From positions 1-40,279 of IMG/VR virus record IMGVR_UViG_3300027863_000008: a stretch of DNA of 40,279 nt. One strand, 5' to 3'. The position numbers were made by a program, and so were the translations under genes. A model generated the notes under the pieces. That model was not told the DNA's origin. It saw only the letters and a program-made list of their open reading frames with translations, and did no database searches. Every line of letters begins with the position of its first letter. The stretch's first letter is position 1. Shown here piece after piece: positions 18,821-25,414 of the stretch. This DNA comes from a virus. Taxonomy: Duplodnaviria; Caudoviricetes.

Positions 18821-18962
18821 TTTTCCGTTCTCTGCGTTTGAAATTTTTTTCATTAGAAATTTTTAACTAATTTACAAATACATTAATACATTAATAAATA
18901 AATAAATAAATAAATAAATTAAATTTTTCCAATGAAAATTTTTTCAGTTCAAGATCGGAAAA
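18821..18962. repeat. AT-rich inverted repeat enclosing (TAAA)6; candidate DNA-unwinding element/origin
   Basis: Arms 18839-18866 and 18919-18946 match 22/28. Outer TTTTCCG/CGGAAAA pair. (TAAA)6 at 18895-18918. Confidence 0.6.
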
Positions 18963-19003
18963 TTCATCTCTACTAATTTAATAGACTTTATAGAGATTAA
19001 AAT

Positions 19004-19019
19004 TGGCACGAATTTTGCT
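19004..19019 (+). promoter_or_regulatory. sigma54 (-24/-12) promoter, rightward
   Basis: TGGCACGAATTTTGCT is a full match to TGGCACG-N4-TTGCW. Confidence 0.75.
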
Positions 19020-19026
19020 ACTTACT

Positions 19027-19042
19027 TGCAATTTTTATGCCA
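19027..19042 (-). promoter_or_regulatory. sigma54 (-24/-12) promoter, leftward
   Basis: Minus strand reads TGGCATAAAAATTGCA, with exact GG-N10-GC spacing. Confidence 0.7.
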
Positions 19043-19073
19043 AGATTTGTTGACACTTTGCTAATCGTGTTTT

Positions 19074-19086
19074 TATCAATTTGTTG
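19074..19086 (+). promoter_or_regulatory. IHF consensus site
   Basis: TATCAA-TTTG-TTG matches WATCAA-N4-TTR. Lies between the sigma54 boxes and the NtrC-like boxes. The motif is short, so chance is possible. Confidence 0.4.
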
Positions 19087-19176
19087 ACAGCTGGCGAGTT
19101 GCAAAGAGATAGCACAATTTGGATATACGGTTATTTAACAGAATGATAAAAATGCTTAACATATGATAAGTAAAAA

Positions 19177-19305
19177 TGCACCATATGGTGCAATTTTGGA
19201 GAGTGGATGCACCAAATGTGGCAAGTTGTGTAAAGCTTTTATTTATAAGGGTTTGATGGCGATTTGGCATAGAACTTGTGGAAAGTGGATGCACCAAATG
19301 GTGCA
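19177..19305. promoter_or_regulatory. Three NtrC-like palindromes TGCACCA-N2-TGGTGCA
   Basis: 19177-19192 TGCACCATATGGTGCA, 19208-19223 TGCACCAAATGTGGCA (degenerate) and 19290-19305 TGCACCAAATGGTGCA. Confidence 0.6.
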
Positions 19306-19422
19306 TTTTATTAACCGAATATGCGAATTGTGGAATGAAAAAATTGCATAAGGCTTGATGGATAAAGGGTTTGAGGGGCTTTAACAGATGTGAAATGGTA
19401 GGGATAGGTTCAAAACGCTTTA

Positions 19423-19448
19423 TTTGTAAGCGTTTAAGCGATTATAAA
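19423..19448 (-). promoter_or_regulatory. Ninth, inverted copy of the 26-bp dyad (candidate operator)
   Basis: Reverse complement is TTTATAA-TCGCTTAAACGC-TTACAAA. It ends 3 bp before the sigma54 -24 box. Confidence 0.75.
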
Positions 19449-19451
19449 AAT

Positions 19452-19467
19452 TGGCATGGCAATTGCA
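19452..19467 (+). promoter_or_regulatory. sigma54 promoter of the rightward (early) operon
   Basis: TGGCATGGCAATTGCA has exact -24/-12 spacing and lies ~190 bp upstream of the first early gene. Confidence 0.7.
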
Positions 19468-19556
19468 TATATATATAGGCGTTGTTAAAAATTTAATAGT
19501 TTTTTGGAAATGCTGGTGTATCCGAGATTACGCCAGATTTGGTATTTTACAATAGA

Positions 19557-19636
19557 GGGCAGGCGAGCCTGTAAAAGTGGTAGAGGTTTGGTGACTGCTT
19601 TACTTTATTGCTTATTATTTTATTAGATAAAGCAGT
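19557..19636 (+). ncRNA. Structured 5' leader, copy A (hairpin + predicted H-type pseudoknot)
   Basis: Homologous to 20311-20387 with pairing-preserving substitutions. Directly upstream of SD AAGGAG. Confidence 0.6.
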
Positions 19637-19656
19637 AATCAGAAGGAGAAGGGAAA

Positions 19657-19839
19657 ATGAAAAAATTTGGTGCTGGACTTACAGCTGATCAAATCAAATT
19701 AGCAAGACTATTAGAGAAATTTGAGATCACAACTTATTCTCAAGCTGTTAAAGCTATGCTTAGAAGAGATAACGAAAAAATATCTCAGATGAAAAAACAG
19801 CTTTCTGAAAAACTTTCAGATGAAGGAGGTTCAAGATGA
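19657..19839 (+). CDS. Small ribbon-helix-helix-like DNA-binding protein
   Basis: Strand KKFGAGL, helix TADQIKLARLLEK and helix TYSQAVKAMLRR follow the Arc/CopG pattern. Strong SD. First early gene. Confidence 0.5.
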   Translation: MKKFGAGLTADQIKLARLLEKFEITTYSQAVKAMLRRDNEKISQMKKQLSEKLSDEGGSR

Positions 19840-20219
19840 TTAGAGGCGAAAGTAATGTTACTTCTGTGGCATTTAGTCCAGATGGAAAGATACTGGCAAG
19901 TGTAGGTTGGGAAGATGTGGTCAAGCTATGGGATGTGAGAAGAGGCGTATTAGTCAAGATACTTTCGGGACATACGAATTATGTTCGTTCCGTAGCATTT
20001 AGTCCAGATGGAAAGATACTGGCAAGTGGAAGTTTGGATGGGACAATCAATTTGTGGGATGTGGAAAGTGGGGCGTTAATCAGGACGCTTTGGGGACATA
20101 CAAGAGGGGTTGCTTCCGTCTCATTTAGCCCAGATGGAGAGGTATTAGCAAGTATTGGTTGGGATGGGACAGTTAGGATATGGAATGTGGAAAGGGGGGA
20201 GTTGATTAGGACATTATAA
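19836..20219 (+). CDS. WD40-repeat protein with exactly three repeats
   Basis: Three 42-aa units SV[AS]FSPDG..LAS...D..[VI].[LI]W[DN]V..G.L[IV]. A 34-bp identical DNA repeat occurs at 19869-19902 and 19995-20028. SD AAGGAGGT. Confidence 0.95.
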   Translation: MIRGESNVTSVAFSPDGKILASVGWEDVVKLWDVRRGVLVKILSGHTNYVRSVAFSPDGKILASGSLDGTINLWDVESGALIRTLWGHTRGVASVSFSPDGEVLASIGWDGTVRIWNVERGELIRTL

Positions 20220-20233
20220 CATTATAACAAAAG

Positions 20234-20387
20234 GGCGCTGACTTGATGTCGGCGCTAATGCCAGCGGGGCGAGCTTGCTGGTGGTGCTGGTGTAAGTCCC
20301 TTTTGAAAAGGGGCAGGCGAGCTTGCGTAGAGTGATAAAGGTTTGATAACAGCTTTACTTTATTGCTCTTTAAGGATAAAGCTGTTA
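20234..20387 (+). ncRNA. Hairpin-dense intergenic region including structured leader copy B (20311-20387)
   Basis: Hairpins at 20234-20256, 20260-20282, 20296-20314 and 20313-20326, followed by the pseudoknot module. Confidence 0.6.
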
Positions 20388-20403
20388 GTAATGGAGGTAA
20401 AAA

Positions 20404-20766
20404 ATGGAGAAAGGTCGTTTTTTTATTGAGCGGACAAAAAGTGGACTCACATCCTTTTGGGAAGAGGGTGGCGGAATGACCAATACTGGTCATTCCATAA
20501 TAATTGCAGGTCGTGATGGAGAGAGATTGAAACCAATTTATGTAAAGCGGAGAGGATCTCTTGCCTGTGGACGGCATGCGCTTTTTGTAATTCACGATGG
20601 TTGCACAATTATTTGTGCTAACCATCATCGTGGGGATTTTCAAGTTATTGTTTATGTTATAGAAAAAATAGGAAAGTTATTAGGGACGGACATGGAGCAA
20701 GCTATTAGTTTTTTAGCTTTTAGTTTTTTAGCTTTTAGTTTTTTAGCGTTTTATTCGTTTTATTAA
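20404..20766 (+). CDS. Hypothetical protein with C-terminal (AFSFL)n repeat
   Basis: GGAGGT SD. Globular-looking N-part (WEEGGGMTNTG, GRHALF). 15-bp tandem repeat at 20701-20747. Confidence 0.8.
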   Translation: MEKGRFFIERTKSGLTSFWEEGGGMTNTGHSIIIAGRDGERLKPIYVKRRGSLACGRHALFVIHDGCTIICANHHRGDFQVIVYVIEKIGKLLGTDMEQAISFLAFSFLAFSFLAFYSFY

Positions 20767-20778
20767 GGAGTAAGGCAT

Positions 20779-21111
20779 ATGGGTATAGTAAATGTAGGAG
20801 CAGATCGGATATTTTGTATTTTAAGTCGGATATTATCAAAGCGGTTGTTGGAGTTAGGATATAGGGGTAGATATAAGTTCAGGGTATATGTTAAGGTGGG
20901 AAAATATAGGTATAAAGTATTGATAGGGGGTGTAAAATTTAAGAAATTTTGCCAGACCGATATAATAATGCGGGAAATATTGGTTGGCATATATCATATC
21001 GTTTTAGAGATGATAATGGAGTTCAATCGGTATGGTGGGATTGTTGATTTTACAACTGAGGTTGGGGGTAAATCGCATATAAGTATAAAGTTTAGGGATT
21101 ACGATATATAG
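20779..21111 (+). CDS. Hypothetical basic protein
   Basis: 110-aa ORF with AAGGAG SD, in the early operon. Confidence 0.7.
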   Translation: MGIVNVGADRIFCILSRILSKRLLELGYRGRYKFRVYVKVGKYRYKVLIGGVKFKKFCQTDIIMREILVGIYHIVLEMIMEFNRYGGIVDFTTEVGGKSHISIKFRDYDI

Positions 21112-21142
21112 TCTGGAATTGGCATAAAGAGGAGGTGTATGT

Positions 21143-21412
21143 ATGAATAGTTACGATAGTTACGTGTTTAGGGAGAAGGTATTAGAACTTGTTGGTAATG
21201 AGAAGTGGAGTATTAAGTGTGATCGTGTAGTTCGGTTTTTGAATAAGTATGATTTAGACATTGATAAAGTTTATCTTTTATCTACTACTGATGGCAAGTA
21301 TTTTTACAGGAAGAGGAGAGAAAAGAAGTATTGTTGGGATATAATAAAGGCGAGTGGGGGTAAATGGAATTACTTTACTTTTGTATATGCTGATAAGGAG
21401 GATGCGAAATGA
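21143..21412 (+). CDS. Hypothetical protein
   Basis: 89 aa, AGGAGGT SD. Confidence 0.75.
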   Translation: MNSYDSYVFREKVLELVGNEKWSIKCDRVVRFLNKYDLDIDKVYLLSTTDGKYFYRKRREKKYCWDIIKASGGKWNYFTFVYADKEDAK

Positions 21413-21594
21413 GTTGTGAGCATGTATGGCGATTGAGTTTTGACATAAGTATTGACTTTAAGACTATATTTGTAACATACTTTTGTATAAAATGTGTAGA
21501 GCAACATGTCATAAGTTATGACATTGTTAATTTAGAGGATTTGGATGGTGTGGTAGGGTATGGAATAGAGGTTGAAAGTTTAATGAATAGATAG
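21409..21594 (+). CDS. Small zinc-finger-like protein (CxH...CxxC)
   Basis: CEHVW...YFCIKC, ATGA overlap, AAGGAGG SD. Confidence 0.7.
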   Translation: MSCEHVWRLSFDISIDFKTIFVTYFCIKCVEQHVISYDIVNLEDLDGVVGYGIEVESLMNR

Positions 21595-21682
21595 GCGAAT
21601 AGTATCTCGTGGGTAGTGTATAGCGAAAGGAGGAAATGATCCGAGCTATTCACGGGATACTTTATAATTCAAGGAGTGAGGT

Positions 21683-23689
21683 ATGCAGATAAAGGTAAAG
21701 CATAATAGGGGATTGGATAGTGTTGCGATAGTTGGTGGAGGGGTGTCGTATAACACTCATTTTGAGTTAATGAGGTTAGGTGCGGTATATAGGGGGAAGT
21801 GTGATAGATGTGCTGATCCTATGATTTCTGGGACTCATTATGAGTTTTCTTTGCCGATAGCTAATCGGTTGATAGAGGAGACGGAGTATAGGATAGCGGA
21901 GACGAGGGAGTTTGGGAATGGTGATAGGGATGATATAGTGCGGACAAAGCCTCCTGAATTTATGCGTAACTGGCGTAGTGCAGTAATGACTGATGAATTT
22001 TATGAGTTATTAGATAATGAGGTTATTCCGAAAGAGGTAATGGAGCGGTTAAATGAATATCGCAGGTTTGGGATAGATGAGGAAGCGATAAAGCTGATAG
22101 AGAGGTGGAAGGAATTTGAGAATACTTTTAAGCGGATAAAGGCTAATGATTTAGAGGTTATAGATAGCATTTTATTTCGTAATGGGATAGATGATAAGTG
22201 GTTTAGCAGGTCGCCTTTGCTTCATCAAAAAGCTGGGATAGCATTTTTTTTGTTATCATTAGAATATGGGATGGGTCATATATGTTTGTTTGATGAGATG
22301 CGGACTGGTAAGACTTATCAAGCGATACATATAGCGAGGTATTTGTTAGAAAGGAAGTTGATAGATAGTGTATTAGTGGTAGTTCCAAATACGATAAAGC
22401 GGGTATGGCGTCAAGAGTTGATGATAGATGGTGGGTTATATGGAATGTTTGTTAGTATTATTGAGGGTGATAAAGCGAGGAAGCGGGAGTTATGGAATAG
22501 TAAAGCATTTTTTTACATAGTGAATTATGAGTGTTGTCGGAGTGATAAGGAGTTATTATATAATTGGGAGAGGGGCAGAAGGTATTTGATGATATGTGAT
22601 GAGTCGCACAAGATAAAAAATCCTCAGGCACAGCAGACACAAGTTATTTGTGGGTTAGAGCCTAATTATAGTATTTTTATGACGGGGACGCCAGTTGCTA
22701 ACAGACCTGAGGATGTATTTTGCATGGTAGATTTTGTATGTAGTGGATTGCTGGGACGTGACTTATATGATTTTTATGAGCGGTTTGCTGTGCGTGGGGG
22801 GTATGGAGGCAAAGAGATATTAGGATATAAGGATATGCCAGAGATAAGGTATCGGTTGGGGAATATAAGCATGCGTCGTAAGCGTGCTGATGTGATGTTT
22901 GATACGAAGGTGCGGACTGCTTTTGAAGGGGAATTAGAAGGTGATCAGAGGACTGCTTATGAGACTATGCGGACTGAATTATATGCTGAGGTAGTAAAGG
23001 AGTCAAATATGACTGTTGTATCGGTTAATAATAGGTTGGTGCAATCTTTGAGGCTAAGTCAAATATGTGATGGATACATAAGTCCAAGTTTTGATAAAGT
23101 AGTATGGTTAGAGAATAATTGGAAGTTGAGGGTGATAGATGAATTTTTAGATGAGTATTTAGCGGACATAGGCAAAGTGGTTATATGGTCAAGGTTTGTG
23201 CCAGTTGTAAAGTTGGTATGGGAACGGTATCGGGACAAGTATGGTGCATTGTATATAACTGGTGAGGTAAATACTAATGATCGTGTAGAGCGGATGTATG
23301 CATTTCAGAATGATATGAGTCATAAGATAATGGTTGGTCAGATACAGAGTGCGAGTTTAGGTATGGGGTTTCAGCCAGCGACATTTGCGATATTTATAGA
23401 CAAATGGTGGAGTCCGTCATTGAATTTGCAAGCGGAGGATAGGATATTAGGTATAAAAAATCCAGTGCCAATAACTATAATTTCGTTAATTACGAAGGAT
23501 ACGATAGAGGAAAGGTGGGAATACATATTGAATAAGAAGCGGGATTGGTCGGATGCTATAACGGGTGATGTGCAAGTGGATATAGTTGCTCCGCCGAAAT
23601 TTGATCGTGACATATTACTTTATTTATTAGCACCACCAAGAGAGGCAGAAGAATTTAGGAAAAAGTTAGAGGATAAATGGAAGATATAA
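21683..23689 (+). CDS. SNF2-family helicase/ATPase
   Basis: HQ, DEMRTGKT, IVNYE, CDESHKIKN, MTGTPVANRP, RRKR, LSQICDG, KVVIWS, WWSP and QAEDR. Confidence 0.95.
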   Translation: MQIKVKHNRGLDSVAIVGGGVSYNTHFELMRLGAVYRGKCDRCADPMISGTHYEFSLPIANRLIEETEYRIAETREFGNGDRDDIVRTKPPEFMRNWRSAVMTDEFYELLDNEVIPKEVMERLNEYRRFGIDEEAIKLIERWKEFENTFKRIKANDLEVIDSILFRNGIDDKWFSRSPLLHQKAGIAFFLLSLEYGMGHICLFDEMRTGKTYQAIHIARYLLERKLIDSVLVVVPNTIKRVWRQELMIDGGLYGMFVSIIEGDKARKRELWNSKAFFYIVNYECCRSDKELLYNWERGRRYLMICDESHKIKNPQAQQTQVICGLEPNYSIFMTGTPVANRPEDVFCMVDFVCSGLLGRDLYDFYERFAVRGGYGGKEILGYKDMPEIRYRLGNISMRRKRADVMFDTKVRTAFEGELEGDQRTAYETMRTELYAEVVKESNMTVVSVNNRLVQSLRLSQICDGYISPSFDKVVWLENNWKLRVIDEFLDEYLADIGKVVIWSRFVPVVKLVWERYRDKYGALYITGEVNTNDRVERMYAFQNDMSHKIMVGQIQSASLGMGFQPATFAIFIDKWWSPSLNLQAEDRILGIKNPVPITIISLITKDTIEERWEYILNKKRDWSDAITGDVQVDIVAPPKFDRDILLYLLAPPREAEEFRKKLEDKWKI

Positions 23690-23795
23690 TTATTCGTCTT
23701 AACAAATTAAGGAGGAGGTGGTAATAATGATTAAGTTATGTTGTTAAAGTGATATTGTTTTAATGGTATAGTTTTAATGTAAGGAGGGTTTTATA

Positions 23796-24020
23796 ATGAT
23801 TGGAATAGTTGAAGCTGAATTAATTAATGATTTAGAGGTAACTTTGGTATCGTTAGCGAGGTCTATTGAGGCGTTATGTATATTACTTCGTGAGAGGGAG
23901 ATATACATATCGCAGGAGACGGGGTTAAGAACTATAAATGCTTTAACAGATGTGGTAAAGTCTTTAACTACTATTATAGAAGGAGTAAATGATGAGGCAA
24001 TTGAAAGAGTTAGCCAATAA
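23796..24020 (+). CDS. Hypothetical helical protein
   Basis: 74 aa with AAGGAGG SD. Candidate extended -10 promoter (TGgTATAGT) just upstream. Confidence 0.7.
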   Translation: MIGIVEAELINDLEVTLVSLARSIEALCILLREREIYISQETGLRTINALTDVVKSLTTIIEGVNDEAIERVSQ

Positions 24021-24426
24021 TTATGTAGACTTATATGATGAGGTTCGGGAGTTGGAGGGGATATTAAAGGTTCGTAAAGAGATGTTAGAGCAGATCAAGG
24101 CAGAGCTTTGGGAAGCTATGGGTGACAGTAATATCAAGACTTTTGATGAGGGTCGGGTATTGATAACCAGATCATATCGTAGTTTTCCAAAAGTTACTGA
24201 TTATAATGCGTTACAGCATTACATAATTGATGTGCTTGGTGACAACATAGTGGAATACACGAGGTTACAGTTTGAGCCTTCCAAACTTAAAGAGCTTGTA
24301 GAGCAAGCCCAGAAGGTGGCGGTTAATACTGGTAAGCCGTTAGAGGAAGTATTGCCGTCTGGGTTAGAGGTTAGTATATCTGAGATAATTTCGGTAAGAC
24401 AAAAGAAGGAGAATAACAATGAGTAA
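23989..24426 (+). CDS. Coiled-coil phage replication/recombination-module protein (Gp157/Gam-like)
   Basis: N-terminal coiled coil followed by PKVTDY.AL..YI and LPSGLEV. Typical neighbour of SNF2/SSB genes. Confidence 0.5.
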   Translation: MMRQLKELANNYVDLYDEVRELEGILKVRKEMLEQIKAELWEAMGDSNIKTFDEGRVLITRSYRSFPKVTDYNALQHYIIDVLGDNIVEYTRLQFEPSKLKELVEQAQKVAVNTGKPLEEVLPSGLEVSISEIISVRQKKENNNE

Positions 24427-25243
24427 AGGAAAAGAAATTGCGGTTATTAGTAGTGAAGTGGAACAAGCATTAACGGATGCTATGGCGGATAGTTTTGAGC
24501 CACAGCCTATAAAAGTTAGCATAGTGCATCCAACTGCGGAGTTGAGTGTTGAAGGGTTGCCAAGCCGAAAGACATTCAAAGGCGTAGTTCTTGCGAGCAG
24601 AAAGGCGAGGGTATTTTTTCCGAAGTTTGGCAACAAAGAGCTAACTGATAAGGTTTTAGAGTTTACGGAAAAGCGTCCATTTTGTCATAGTGATAATGGT
24701 GTAATAGGTATCTTATATGATACTGACTGGGATAGCATAGCTCCCAATATCAAAGATGCGGTAGTTATGATAAAGGATAAGATTGGTTTAGGCGGTCTTA
24801 TATGCAAGAAATGTCCGTTATCTGCATTTGGGTCAGTATCTTTGTTTGGCGTGAACGGGAGAGGTCAGGCGTGTAATGATTTAAGACGATTGCTTTTGTG
24901 GAGTCCTGGACTTTCCGTGCCAATGATCTTGACTTTACCTCCTACGTCTATACGACGCTGGGATAGTTATTGTTCTACATTGATGGCGAGTAATCTTCAA
25001 TACAATCGTGTTATTACGGAGATAAGTTTGGAGAAAATAGGCAATGGTGGAACGAATTATTCAGTTGCAAAGTTTGCCTATATGGGCGAATTGCCTGCTG
25101 ATTTTCTAATGGAATTAGGCACGCAGGTATCTCATGATGGGGTAATGAAGCCTCTTGCTAAGGCATTGATAGATATGTTTAGTGCGAAAGAGGTTGAGGT
25201 TACTGATTATATTGGCAATGGTAATGGCGATGAGGAGTTTTAG
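24419..25243 (+). CDS. Putative ssDNA-binding/annealing protein with Cys cluster
   Basis: CHSDNG..G, CKKCP...FGS, GQAC, LTLPPTS and an acidic aromatic-ending tail GDEEF, as in phage SSBs. Confidence 0.55.
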   Translation: MSKGKEIAVISSEVEQALTDAMADSFEPQPIKVSIVHPTAELSVEGLPSRKTFKGVVLASRKARVFFPKFGNKELTDKVLEFTEKRPFCHSDNGVIGILYDTDWDSIAPNIKDAVVMIKDKIGLGGLICKKCPLSAFGSVSLFGVNGRGQACNDLRRLLLWSPGLSVPMILTLPPTSIRRWDSYCSTLMASNLQYNRVITEISLEKIGNGGTNYSVAKFAYMGELPADFLMELGTQVSHDGVMKPLAKALIDMFSAKEVEVTDYIGNGNGDEEF

Positions 25244-25249
25244 AAGTCT

Positions 25250-25393
25250 TGCACGATGAGTTTAACCAACATTGATACTGGCAGTTCCAGCGGTATCAAG
25301 ACCTTTTTCCTTACTCATCGTGCATATTTCGCCTTTGCAGGTTATGGTTAGAAACTTTATATCTTATGCCTTGATTACGAGACCTGCAAAGGC
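25250..25393 (+). other. Two adjacent long stem-loops in an intergenic region
   Basis: Perfect 12-bp arms at 25250-25261/25313-25324 and 25331-25342/25382-25393. Confidence 0.75.
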
Positions 25394-25414
25394 TTATTAA
25401 AGGGGGTGATAAGT

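Noticed and set aside
18389-19351. Short ORFs in the control region (18389-18610, 18432-18632, 19076-19306, 19163-19351)
   Set aside because: No convincing SD or motifs, they overlap each other in antisense, and some run over the regulatory repeats. 18389-18610 cannot be fully excluded.
20232-20310. tRNA or cobalamin riboswitch (GGTGTAAGTCCC resembles a T-loop)
   Set aside because: No T-stem, acceptor stem or B12-box could be formed.
25250-25324. Retron msr-msd or DGR element
   Set aside because: No reverse transcriptase in the genome and no template/variable repeat pair with A-specific mismatches.
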